DNA from: a virus
Lineage: Duplodnaviria > Caudoviricetes
DNA: 36,809 nucleotides
Direction: 5' to 3' (one strand)
IMG/VR virus record: IMGVR_UViG_3300032125_000014
Span: 1 to 36,809 of that record
Part shown: piece by piece, positions 9,021-18,371 of the stretch
Position numbering within the stretch: position 1 is the stretch's first letter
Layout of the letters: each line of letters opens with the position of its first letter
The notes under the pieces: generated by a model
Told to the model about the DNA's origin: nothing
The model's database searches: none
What the model saw: only the letters and a program-made list of their open reading frames with translations
Made by a program: the position numbers and the translations under genes

Positions 9021-9467
9021 ATGGCAAGAAATAAAAACGCGTTACGTAAACATGAAATAGCACCTTGGATGGCAGAACCACCTATTACAGGATATTTAGA
9101 ATTTGCTACTTGGATTACGTCTATCACAGATGATACGGATGAAGAAGTTGACGACACAGGATACTACGACGGAGATGGCACTCCGGGCAATGAAGTTATT
9201 TCACTTTCTGAAGTGTGGACGGTTGAAGGAACTTATGACGTATTAGATCCCGCTCAAAAATTTATTGCTGATATGAAGCGTAAATTAGGTGCAAGTCGTA
9301 AGATTTGGCACAAAATCACTTACGTTGACGGAACAGTGGTTGAAGGACCAGCAAACGTTACAGGTATTGTCGCAGGTGGCGGTGAAGCTACAGAATACGA
9401 AGCGTTTGGATGTGTTCTCAATTATACTCGTATCCCAACAGTAACGCCTGCAGTACCAGTAGTTTAA
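9021..9467 (+). CDS. Major tail (tube) protein
   Basis: MARNKNALRKH, DDTDEEVDDTGYYDGDG and GGGEATEY motifs of A118-type tail tube proteins; ATG 9021 preferred to GTG 9012. Confidence 0.9.
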   Translation: MARNKNALRKHEIAPWMAEPPITGYLEFATWITSITDDTDEEVDDTGYYDGDGTPGNEVISLSEVWTVEGTYDVLDPAQKFIADMKRKLGASRKIWHKITYVDGTVVEGPANVTGIVAGGGEATEYEAFGCVLNYTRIPTVTPAVPVV

Positions 9468-9473
9468 AAATAG

Positions 9474-9504
9474 AAAGGTTATCCGAAAAGGGTAGCCTTT
9501 TTTT
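9474..9504 (+). terminator. Rho-independent terminator after major tail gene
   Basis: AAAGGTTATCC-gaaaa-GGGTAGCCTTT followed by a T tract. Confidence 0.8.
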
Positions 9505-9531
9505 ATTTGAAAAATTAGGAGGAATTTAATC

Positions 9532-9918
9532 ATGGCAATAAAAATTCAATTAGGTAATTCATTAGTAGATGTTGATTTAGGTGGAAAAGTTTTTGAAGCA
9601 GATATTTCAGATAAAAATGTAGAGAAATTCACTAATGCAGTTGCTTCAATGGAGAACTCATTAGATAAATTCGATAACGCTCAAACAGAACAAGATGTTT
9701 TTGACATTTTGACAGAGGAATTCAGAGCGGTATTAGGTATTTTATTTGCAGAAAACCCTTGTGACTATATTTTAACTAAAGTTGGCCGTGCTACTGGTCT
9801 TGTGGATGTTGTCATTGACATAAGAGAAGGCATTACGCATCAATTAGGAGTATCCGCAAAACAAAAAATCGCTAAATATACAACTAAACCTAAAGATAAA
9901 CAGAAAAAGAAAAAATAG
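9532..9918 (+). CDS. Tail assembly chaperone (A118 gp14-like)
   Basis: Position between tail tube and gp15-like gene; AGGAGG RBS. Confidence 0.75.
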   Translation: MAIKIQLGNSLVDVDLGGKVFEADISDKNVEKFTNAVASMENSLDKFDNAQTEQDVFDILTEEFRAVLGILFAENPCDYILTKVGRATGLVDVVIDIREGITHQLGVSAKQKIAKYTTKPKDKQKKKK

Positions 9919-9929
9919 AAGGTGGTTAA

Positions 9930-10520
9930 ATGCTTTCACTAGGTTATCCATTAGAAAATGAAATAGAAATAAACGGCAATATTTATCCGGTTGATATGTC
10001 ATATGACAATATTATCCGGTTATTTGACTTGTTGGAAGACAAGGATATTGACAGTTTAAGCAAAGTGTTTATCGGAATGACAATGCTTTTAGATTGCAAT
10101 GTCTTAGAGGAAGATGAAAGTTGCGACGAAGAAACGCTTATATCTGCTTTCTTAACTATTCGAACAGAATTTATCATTGAAGAATCTAACGTTGAAGAGC
10201 CTAAAGATTTAAAAGGGAATCCTTTGCCACAACCCAAGAGCAAGGAAACTTACTCTTTAAAGCATGATGCTGATTACATATACGCGTCTTTCATTCAAGC
10301 GTATGGCATTGATTTGATTGAGGTTAGAGGAGAATTGGATTGGAGAAAGTTTAATGCACTACTTCAAGGATTGCCTTCAGATACTAAATTCAAAGAAGTG
10401 GTCGAGATTAGACAAAGGCCTTTTGAAAAAGGTAAAGGTACTCAAGATTCAAATAGAAGCTTAGCTAAATTAAAAAACACATATGCGTTACCAGGTCAAA
10501 ACGTGGAAGTAGGTGAGTAA
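9930..10520 (+). CDS. Gp15-family tail assembly protein
   Basis: DMSYDN, DADYIYASFIQAYGIDL and LDWRKFNALLQGLPSDT motifs. Confidence 0.88.
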   Translation: MLSLGYPLENEIEINGNIYPVDMSYDNIIRLFDLLEDKDIDSLSKVFIGMTMLLDCNVLEEDESCDEETLISAFLTIRTEFIIEESNVEEPKDLKGNPLPQPKSKETYSLKHDADYIYASFIQAYGIDLIEVRGELDWRKFNALLQGLPSDTKFKEVVEIRQRPFEKGKGTQDSNRSLAKLKNTYALPGQNVEVGE

Positions 10521-10522
10521 AT

Positions 10523-13500
10523 ATGTCAGATGGAAAAGTTCTAATAGAGGTGGATTTAAATGATGATGGTGTTAATAACGCTCTTAAAAGGGTAGAAAAC
10601 GATGCTATAAACAGTGGTAGTAAAATCGGAAGGTCAGTATCAAAACTTTCTGAACAGTCGCTGGACGTGGCAAAGAAAGCCGCTTTAGGTATCTTAGCTA
10701 TTGGCGGAGCATTCGCTGGTTTCAGTATTAAATCAGCTGGTGAGTTGCAAGCAACTAATGCACAATTTACAGAAGTATTTGGAAAAATGGAAAAAGATGC
10801 TTCTAAAAGCGTTGATAAAATAGCTAAAGAGACAGGGATACTACCTAGTCGTTTAAAAGGAACCTTTACGCAAATGGCTGCTTTCGCTAAAGTTGGTGGA
10901 TTAGAAACAGCAGAAGCGCTTGACCTTTCAGGAAGAGCGACCTTAGCGGCTGCAGATAGTGCAGCGTTCTATGACAAGTCAATAGAATCAACTACCGAAT
11001 CGTTGCAGTCGTTTTTGAAAGGGAACTATGCTAATGATGCTGCATTAGGTATTTCTTCAACAGAAACAACTAGAAATGCAGCGGCAAATAAACTGTATGG
11101 TAAATCATTTAATGATCTAGAAGAGTCTCAAAAGCAGTTAACATTATTAAAAACGGTTGAAGATGGGAATAAACTTTCTGGTGCGTTAGGTCAAGCAGCA
11201 AGAGAAACAGACGGCTTAGAGAACGTTATGGGTAACTTGAAACAAGGGGTTATAGACGTAGCGGCCGCTTTTGGTACGCCACTATTAGGACCGTTCATCG
11301 TAGCTGCTAAAGCTGCCGCTAAGGTCTTAGGTGATTTCGGAAAAGCTTTGACAGCAAACCCAGCGTTAGTTTATGCAATCGTCGGAGCGTTAACAACATT
11401 AGCAGTTGCCTTTGGAACAGTTTATTTAGCAGCTAACAAAATGAAAATACTAGCATCGGTAAAATCTGGTTTAGCCGTTTTAACCAATCCGTTATTCTTA
11501 GTAGTATTAGCGATAGGAGCTTTAATCACAGCTTTTGTATACTTTTATAAAACTAGCGAAGGATTTAGGAATGCTGTAAACAAAATAATCGCTCCATTGA
11601 AATCGTTGGTACCAGTTTTTAAGAATATAGGAAGTGTTATGAAAATTATCGGAAGTATTATGAAGGCATTTTTTACAGATATGCAGCAAGTAGGAAAATT
11701 AAACGGAATGTTGCATGAGATACTACCAAAAAGTGTGGCTGATTCTATATTTAACGGTGTAATGAAAATTACTCATACCATTTACTATTTGATTAATGCT
11801 TTTAAAGTAGTGGCTGGTGTTGCTAGCGGATCTATTTCTAACATGGAAGATTTAGGTAAATTATTACCTAAGATTTTTGACAAAGGCGGACGCTTTAGCG
11901 AAACGTTTTCTAAACAATTATTTGATGTAGGTAGCGCAATAAAATCTGTCATATCTTTCTTTAAGGATTTATTTAACCCAACTAAAAAAGCAGGAGAATC
12001 AATAGATTTCGTAAAAATAGGATTTATGATTTTAAAAACTGTCGCTTTGGGGCTATTAGGACCAATTGGTTTAGTGATACGAGTGATTGGCCTTGTTGCT
12101 AAAGCTTTAGGCGGTGGCGATGTAAAAGCGGGTATTCAAGCTATGTTAGATGGTTTCACGTCTTTAGCTGATGGTATAAGAGATAACGGTGGGAAAGTAG
12201 GCGCTAGTGTTGGCGACATGTTAGCGGGAATATTAATTGCTATCGGTGCAGCGTTACCTGGTATTATATCTGGTGCTTTATCGATTATTGCTGGATTCAT
12301 AACGGGACTGGCTCAAGGATTACCGCAAGTAGCTTTTGCAGCGTTTAGATTAATAAATGCTTTTACCGGAAGTATGTTGTTACTGATTCCTACAATTGCT
12401 GCATCCGCAACACTAATGATCGTGGCTTTGCTTGGGAGTTTAGCGGCGGGTTTGCCACAAATAATACTAGCAGGTGTCAATTTGCTTATATCATTTATCG
12501 CCGGTTTAACAATTGGAATACCAAGATTCGTATTAGCTGTAACAAATATAATTGTTGTATTTCTAAATAGTATTTCAAATAATTTACCTCGTATCATAGC
12601 AGCCGGTATTAATTTATTGGTTTCATTTTTACAAGGTATCACAGACAACTTACCTAAATTAAGCGCAACAGTAACGACGTTAATCACTACATTTTTAAAT
12701 ACCTTATCTGATAATCTACCTAGAATTATTGCAAGTGGATCTAATTTGCTTGTTAAATTCTTAAATGGAATTGCAGATAATTTACCGAAAGTAATTACCG
12801 CAGCAGTCAATGTGATTGTTTCATTCTTAAATGGAATAGCGAACAACTTACCTCGTATCATAACATCTGCAGTCAATTTGATTGTGGCTTTTTTACGTGG
12901 TATAGCTAGTCAGATTGGCAGAATTGTGAACGCAGCTATGGACTTAGTAGATGCAATGGTTAGAGGAATATTACAAGCTCAAGGCAGATTATCAAAAGCT
13001 GTTATTGATTTAATGAACGGAATGGCCAAGAACATAAATAACAGCGCTCCTCAAATGAAAAAGGCAGCAGGCAATTTACTAAGAGCCATTATCGAAGCTT
13101 TTCCTGGCGGCGGTTTAGTAACAGCTGGATTTGATTTAATGGCTGGATTGGCAAAAGGTATTGGCAATGCGGTTGGCGGAGTAATATCAAAAGCGAAAGA
13201 AGTTGCCGGTAACATTGTCGGTGCTGTTAAAGGAGCTTTCAAAATACATTCTCCTTCACGTGTTATGGAAGATGAAGTCGGTAGATATATACCGGAGGGT
13301 ATAGCAGTTGGTATGGAAGGTAATACAAGCAAAGCAATTAAATCAGCCAGATTAATGGCAAGTAAAGTTGTTAGTTCTATCCCCACTGCTGAAATGGCAA
13401 TGGGAATAAACGCTAAAATGAGTACCAGCATGAACCGTGCTTCATCAGGCAATGTAACAAATAATAATTATTCAAATGATGATAACAATAATGAAATAGT

Positions 13501-13645
13501 AAACTTATTAAGAGAAATTGCTGCTAAACCATTCGTCGCAAACATGGATGGAAAAAGAATTAGTAAAGCTATTGGAAGAGAAGTAGATAGAACACAAGGT
13601 GAAAGAATCAAGCGGTCAGATTGGGGGTTAGAGATTGATGGGTAA
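10523..13645 (+). CDS. Tape measure protein
   Basis: 1040 aa, Ala/Gly-rich; AAADSAAFYD..LQSFLKGN motif, 22-aa amphipathic repeats, IHSPSRVM motif. Confidence 0.95.
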   Translation: MSDGKVLIEVDLNDDGVNNALKRVENDAINSGSKIGRSVSKLSEQSLDVAKKAALGILAIGGAFAGFSIKSAGELQATNAQFTEVFGKMEKDASKSVDKIAKETGILPSRLKGTFTQMAAFAKVGGLETAEALDLSGRATLAAADSAAFYDKSIESTTESLQSFLKGNYANDAALGISSTETTRNAAANKLYGKSFNDLEESQKQLTLLKTVEDGNKLSGALGQAARETDGLENVMGNLKQGVIDVAAAFGTPLLGPFIVAAKAAAKVLGDFGKALTANPALVYAIVGALTTLAVAFGTVYLAANKMKILASVKSGLAVLTNPLFLVVLAIGALITAFVYFYKTSEGFRNAVNKIIAPLKSLVPVFKNIGSVMKIIGSIMKAFFTDMQQVGKLNGMLHEILPKSVADSIFNGVMKITHTIYYLINAFKVVAGVASGSISNMEDLGKLLPKIFDKGGRFSETFSKQLFDVGSAIKSVISFFKDLFNPTKKAGESIDFVKIGFMILKTVALGLLGPIGLVIRVIGLVAKALGGGDVKAGIQAMLDGFTSLADGIRDNGGKVGASVGDMLAGILIAIGAALPGIISGALSIIAGFITGLAQGLPQVAFAAFRLINAFTGSMLLLIPTIAASATLMIVALLGSLAAGLPQIILAGVNLLISFIAGLTIGIPRFVLAVTNIIVVFLNSISNNLPRIIAAGINLLVSFLQGITDNLPKLSATVTTLITTFLNTLSDNLPRIIASGSNLLVKFLNGIADNLPKVITAAVNVIVSFLNGIANNLPRIITSAVNLIVAFLRGIASQIGRIVNAAMDLVDAMVRGILQAQGRLSKAVIDLMNGMAKNINNSAPQMKKAAGNLLRAIIEAFPGGGLVTAGFDLMAGLAKGIGNAVGGVISKAKEVAGNIVGAVKGAFKIHSPSRVMEDEVGRYIPEGIAVGMEGNTSKAIKSARLMASKVVSSIPTAEMAMGINAKMSTSMNRASSGNVTNNNYSNDDNNNEIVNLLREIAAKPFVANMDGKRISKAIGREVDRTQGERIKRSDWGLEIDG
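12452..12913 (+). repeat. Seven 66-bp (22-aa) tandem repeats in TMP
   Basis: Units such as LPRIIAAGINLLVSFLQGITDN and LPKVITAAVNVIVSFLNGIANN. Confidence 0.9.
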
Positions 13646-14591
13646 TAACATACACGACTACGGAATTTGGTTCAATGGTCACCATAGTACAGAGTTTGGA
13701 CTTGACGTTTTAGAAGATAAACAGATTGGTTTTCCTAGTAAAAATAAAGCGTTAAGATCTGTTCCCCTTTCCAACCGTTCTTTTGATTTCTCTAAAGTAA
13801 CAGGGAAAAATACTTGGACTGAAAGACAAATAAAAATACCTTTTCAAGTTGTTAATCGTCAATTTTATACTCAAGAAACACTATACAGTTTGTGGACGAA
13901 AGTTATGAAATGGTTAATGGAAACGACGGAAAAGACACGTTTATACGACGATACAATGAACAAGTATTATTATATGGCTGAAGTAATAGATGCGCCTAGC
14001 TTTGAAGAAATGAGAGCTAGGGGCGTTATTACTGTAACGTTCCAGTGTTATCCATTTAGAATAGCAGAGAAAAAAGAAGGTACTCAATTGTGGGATGATA
14101 TAAACTTTGATCTCGACTACTTCCAGACTACTAAATTTGATATAAATAGAAAATCGTTCGAACCATTATCAATCGGTAGTCAAGCAACTTTAACAGCTTG
14201 GGCCACGCATTATGGTGGAGGCGTTAGAATACCAGTTAGTTCTTTAGGTGTCTCTTACAAGATAACTGGTTCCAAAGATTTCGTAACAAGTTACAGCAGA
14301 AGAGCATACATGCTCGAAGGGTTAACGGAGTGGACTTTAGAACAAGATATTATACAAGCTCAACAAAGTGCTGAAATTTTAAAAATTTACAATCCTGGTA
14401 TTGCTGAAGTTGTTCCGAAGATAACATCAAGAGAATTGATAAGTGTCATAATGAACGGTTATGTATTTAATATCGGAAAAGGAATACATCTATCTGAACT
14501 GTTTATGTTCGATCCTGGTATGAATGACATTAAAATAGTTAGCTTACATCCAACAACTGTTGATTTTGAGTTTTTCAAGGAGCTGATTTAA
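13635..14591 (+). CDS. Distal tail protein (Dit) with inserted SH3-like module
   Basis: FNGHHSTEFGL start, ITVTFQCYPF, position after TMP; insert at about aa 178-240. Confidence 0.85.
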   Translation: MMGNNIHDYGIWFNGHHSTEFGLDVLEDKQIGFPSKNKALRSVPLSNRSFDFSKVTGKNTWTERQIKIPFQVVNRQFYTQETLYSLWTKVMKWLMETTEKTRLYDDTMNKYYYMAEVIDAPSFEEMRARGVITVTFQCYPFRIAEKKEGTQLWDDINFDLDYFQTTKFDINRKSFEPLSIGSQATLTAWATHYGGGVRIPVSSLGVSYKITGSKDFVTSYSRRAYMLEGLTEWTLEQDIIQAQQSAEILKIYNPGIAEVVPKITSRELISVIMNGYVFNIGKGIHLSELFMFDPGMNDIKIVSLHPTTVDFEFFKELI

Positions 14592-16153
14592 TGTACCAAG
14601 TTAAAATATATAATAATGGAACTGAAACAGAAATTCATTCTCCTAAACCTAACAGAATAAAAGTGTTGGAAGGTTCGAACATAAAGAAAGGGATTAATAC
14701 CTTTGAATCGTTCGAGCTTTCAATATTGCCAGACAATCCTGGATTTCAAAAATTGACTCCAATGCAAACTTTAATTACGGTACAAGATACCTTGAGAAAC
14801 AAAGAGGTATTTAGAGGCAGGGTCCTCATTCCTTCAAACGAAATGAATGAGGACGAATCGTTTAACTACGACTATGTTTGCGCTTCTGTTTTAAGTTATT
14901 TGCAAGATACTATTCAAGACTATGCTAAGATTCAAGATACCTCACCTGCTGATTTTTTTATATATTTAATCAATGTTCATAATTCAAAAACACGAGAAAA
15001 TCATAAAAAATTTACTGTTGGTACTATTGATGTTACGAACAATACGGATAATGTATATAGGTATGTTGATGAAACAAAAACTACTTGGGAAACAATAAAG
15101 GAAAAGTTAATAGATAGAATTGGTGGAGAAGTTCGCGTTAGATACGAAAATGGAATTAATTATATTGATTACTTGAAAGTTGCTGGTAAGAAATCTAAAA
15201 CAACTATTGAAGTAGAACATAATATGCTTTCTTTTAACAAAGAAATTGATCCTACAGAAGTCATAACTGTTTACTATCCGAGAGGGGCAAGACCAGAAAG
15301 CACGCAGAGCGGAGCAAGCGTGGACGATTATAATGCAGCAGAACCTAGATTGACAATAGAATCTGTAAGCGGCGGAAAGGGTTACTTACTAGCTACTCAA
15401 GAAATGATAAATGAGTTTGGATATATTGAGGGGTCCGGTACTTATGATGGGATAAGCAATGCACAAATACTGAAAACAAGAGGCCAACAATTTTTAGATA
15501 GTCAAAAGGCAGCTTTGGTTAAGTACCAATTACAAGCTTTAGATTTATCATTATTAGATATTGATCCAGAAACATTTGAAGTTGGTAATTATCACGAAGT
15601 TAAAAATAAATATTTAGGCGTTAGAGAAAACCTAAGAATCGAAGGAATAACGTTAGATATCATTAATCCAGAAGTTTCTAGCTTGACTATTGGAGACAAA
15701 ACAAAGTCATTAAGTGATTATCAAAAAGAGGTTAATGCTGCAAATAGAGCCTATAAAGAAATACAAAACACTATAGCAGAAATTAGCCGTAATAACATTA
15801 CTTTAGGCGCATCTTTAAAGCAAGCTAAAGAGGATTTAGCAGGTATTCAACAAAATTTAGTTGATGTTGATCTAAATAACCTACCAACAGAGCTACAAAA
15901 TATCGTGTTGCAGTTAGATACAATACAAGGGACTGTTTCAGATATTGAATTAGCTGTTGGAGAAATACCTATCTATTTACCAGCAAGTAGCACTAATAAC
16001 GGTTTGTTAACCTCTGAGCTGTTTATGAAGTTAAGCAGTATCCAATTAGCGACTAAATTAATAGATGGGTTATTAAGCAAAGAAGATAAAAAGAAAATTG
16101 ATGAGATACCGTTAGATTTAAAAGCAAGATTAGAGACACTCGAAGGGAATTGA
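14591..16153 (+). CDS. Tal / baseplate hub (prophage tail protein) with C-terminal coiled coil
   Basis: FRGRVL, YIDYL, N.LSF...D...VIT..YPRG motifs; follows Dit. Confidence 0.85.
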   Translation: MYQVKIYNNGTETEIHSPKPNRIKVLEGSNIKKGINTFESFELSILPDNPGFQKLTPMQTLITVQDTLRNKEVFRGRVLIPSNEMNEDESFNYDYVCASVLSYLQDTIQDYAKIQDTSPADFFIYLINVHNSKTRENHKKFTVGTIDVTNNTDNVYRYVDETKTTWETIKEKLIDRIGGEVRVRYENGINYIDYLKVAGKKSKTTIEVEHNMLSFNKEIDPTEVITVYYPRGARPESTQSGASVDDYNAAEPRLTIESVSGGKGYLLATQEMINEFGYIEGSGTYDGISNAQILKTRGQQFLDSQKAALVKYQLQALDLSLLDIDPETFEVGNYHEVKNKYLGVRENLRIEGITLDIINPEVSSLTIGDKTKSLSDYQKEVNAANRAYKEIQNTIAEISRNNITLGASLKQAKEDLAGIQQNLVDVDLNNLPTELQNIVLQLDTIQGTVSDIELAVGEIPIYLPASSTNNGLLTSELFMKLSSIQLATKLIDGLLSKEDKKKIDEIPLDLKARLETLEGN

Positions 16154-17838
16154 TACAATTGGCAGTTAATCCAGACATTAAAGTAATGACCGATGAAATA
16201 AGAAATCAACCTGATGCGGATAAAGTTAGAAAAAATATAGCTAATGGAATGGATGCTACAAGTAATATTGCTGATATTTCAAATCAGATTAGTGAAGATT
16301 CGAAAGCAACATCTTTAGCAATACAAGAAAGATATGAAGAACAAATATTAGCACAAGATTTAAACCCAAATAAGGATCCCGAACTAGTAGACTTAAGAGG
16401 TGGGAAAGCTACTGCGGGAGAAAGAATTACTCAATTTGAACAACAAACTAATTCGCAGTTGGCACATAATGTCAATAATCTTAATACCAGAGAAATTAAC
16501 GTCATGTATCCACCAATTCCAATGGCTGGAGCAAAAGGTAATAATATAGAAAATGATACTTTGGCGTTTGTAGGTTGCATTGATTATTTAAAAGAAAATG
16601 GGGGAGGTGTATTAAGGGTTCCGGCAGCTATATATAAAGTCGATCCCGACCAACTCATATTGGGTAACTCGGTCATATTAAAAGGTGCGGGTAAAGGTCG
16701 ATGGGGAGAAATGTTTGGTAGTATTCTTTTTTTTTCCTCTTATGCGGGAGAACAAGCTTTATTTGGAATACAAGTTGCCTATAACAAAATCGGTCAAGGT
16801 TTAGAAGATATTCGGTTAATTGGAAATAAATCAATCAGTCGCGGATTGATGGTCAGCGATGGCTCTTATAACAACACATTTAGAAATATTGACATAAAGG
16901 GTTTTTCTGATAGCGTCTATATTGGAGAAACTTGGAACAACATTTGGGAAAAAGTCACTGTAGATGATTTTATTAATGGTTTTAGAATAGAAGGTACGAA
17001 TACTTCTAGTACATTTAGTGGTTGCCTTTCATATAACGGAGATACAGGCTTCAAAATAAATAGTAGCATGCCTTACTGTGGTTTTATTAATTGTGGTACA
17101 GACCATTCAAGCACAGGAGTAGAAATATCTACTGAAGCCAACGTATCAAATACAGGTTTTTACAACTTTGGATTTGAAGATTATGACATTTGTTGGAAAG
17201 TAGATTCCGAAACAACGTTAAATATATATGGTTTTAGCCAATATAAACCACGTTTTTCAGGTCGCTTGTTTTATATTTTTAAAAATAAACGTATTAATTT
17301 ACATGGGTGTGACTTTACAAAATTAAAAGTTGGTACAAGATTATTTGAAATAAGCAATTTAACGACTTTTAAGGTTGGGTCATTAAGAAGTTATGGTTGT
17401 CAGTTTCAAGAGGGCGTTTCAGAAACACTTAATTTGGATAAAGTTGTCCAAGACGGGAATCTTCCATATGGATATTTGAAAAAAACACTGATTAAAGAAA
17501 AAACAATTAGATATGACGGGTATGTTGAAGGTATTTCATTTAATTACCGAGCTAATGTGCCAAACAATGGAGACTATGTCCGCCTTAACATTGATATACT
17601 AGGAGGCGCAAGTGGTGGCACAGCCTCCACAACGATAAAAAATGTTAATGGAGTTATAACTGCTACAAATAATATAGTCCCAAACGTATCTTTTGCAAGC
17701 TGGGCTGTAACTATCCCTTCAGGGAGAGGTGGTACTGTCACACCTACTGAGTACAGTTTCTATAAAGTTGAAGCTTTTGCATATGGAACAGGTGAATTAG
17801 CTTCAATCACTCAACTCAAAATAGCACCAGAATATTAA
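16150..17838 (+). CDS. Receptor-binding tail spike with pectate-lyase-3-like beta-helix (putative depolymerase)
   Basis: N-terminal anchor (DPELVDLR), then NVMYPP..GAKGNNIENDTLAF...GGGVLRVPAAIYKV and N/G-rich beta-helix rungs; start may be TTG 16159. Confidence 0.8.
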   Translation: MIQLAVNPDIKVMTDEIRNQPDADKVRKNIANGMDATSNIADISNQISEDSKATSLAIQERYEEQILAQDLNPNKDPELVDLRGGKATAGERITQFEQQTNSQLAHNVNNLNTREINVMYPPIPMAGAKGNNIENDTLAFVGCIDYLKENGGGVLRVPAAIYKVDPDQLILGNSVILKGAGKGRWGEMFGSILFFSSYAGEQALFGIQVAYNKIGQGLEDIRLIGNKSISRGLMVSDGSYNNTFRNIDIKGFSDSVYIGETWNNIWEKVTVDDFINGFRIEGTNTSSTFSGCLSYNGDTGFKINSSMPYCGFINCGTDHSSTGVEISTEANVSNTGFYNFGFEDYDICWKVDSETTLNIYGFSQYKPRFSGRLFYIFKNKRINLHGCDFTKLKVGTRLFEISNLTTFKVGSLRSYGCQFQEGVSETLNLDKVVQDGNLPYGYLKKTLIKEKTIRYDGYVEGISFNYRANVPNNGDYVRLNIDILGGASGGTASTTIKNVNGVITATNNIVPNVSFASWAVTIPSGRGGTVTPTEYSFYKVEAFAYGTGELASITQLKIAPEY

Positions 17839-17871
17839 AATTATCAAACGAAAAAAACGGAGGAATACAAT

Positions 17872-18189
17872 ATGAATAACTTATTAGCTAATTTAACACC
17901 AACCAGACTATTTCTAGGAGTACCACAAACGTCAAAAATACAGGTTTATGCAGTTGCTCAATCGCGAAGCGTAATCGTAACACAAGCGATTCTGACAAAT
18001 ACAAGCGAGGTAGATACCGCTTTAAACTTAACTGTGAACACTACTGATGTAATGCGGGATTTCAAAGTAGCTTCAGGCGAAACAAAAATTATTGACTTAT
18101 ATATCGTATTAAATGAAGGTGACACTGTCTCTTTGCAGCAAGACAAAGAAAACGCCATTAACATTACTTTAAACGGTGCTGTTGGGTAA
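17872..18189 (+). CDS. Small beta-rich tail-associated protein
   Basis: 105 aa, GGAGG RBS, follows RBP. Confidence 0.7.
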   Translation: MNNLLANLTPTRLFLGVPQTSKIQVYAVAQSRSVIVTQAILTNTSEVDTALNLTVNTTDVMRDFKVASGETKIIDLYIVLNEGDTVSLQQDKENAINITLNGAVG

Positions 18190-18209
18190 GAACCGTAATG
18201 CGAACTAGA
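18190..18209 (+). repeat. Cassette-boundary direct repeat, left
   Basis: GAACCGTAATGCGAACTAGA, 18/20 identical to 19325-19344. Confidence 0.8.
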
Positions 18210-18235
18210 AAAATATTCTATATATTGGTTGTATG

Positions 18236-18264
18236 ATGCAATTAATATGTGTATATGGTAAAAT
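18236..18264 (+). promoter_or_regulatory. SigA-type promoter (extended -10) for candidate sRNA
   Basis: ATGCAA-17 bp-TAAAAT with TG at 18256-18257. Confidence 0.55.
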
Positions 18265-18270
18265 ATAACT

Positions 18271-18341
18271 AAAGTGGATGGCTCACCTGCACCATCGTAA
18301 CCCCTCCAGGACAGACAGGTAAATTTGAGGGGGCTTTTTTT
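18271..18341 (+). ncRNA. Candidate ~70-nt two-hairpin sRNA ending in a terminator
   Basis: GATGG/CCATC and CCCCTC/GAGGGG stems, T7 tract, complementary loops ACCTG/CAGGT; GC-rich island in AT-rich DNA. Confidence 0.5.
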
Positions 18342-18371
18342 AAAAGTATAAAAAATAAGAAAAAGAACCTA

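Noticed and set aside
9455-9531. Frameshift-extended major tail protein
   Set aside because: All alternative frames stop before the next gene, and a terminator follows.
9900-9932. gpG/gpGT-type -1 frameshift at the A-rich end of the chaperone
   Set aside because: The -1 frame has TAA at 9927-9929 immediately before the gp15 ATG, so no fusion is possible.
12313-13452. Long antisense ORFs (187 and 133 aa) within TMP, and similar shadow ORFs in portal, capsid, holin and replication genes
   Set aside because: They lie opposite well-supported genes, show no recognisable motifs, and are expected from codon bias.
16448-18209. Invertase-type tail-fibre shufflon
   Set aside because: No invertase nearby and no alternative reverse-strand RBP C-terminus; kept only as a cassette-boundary motif.
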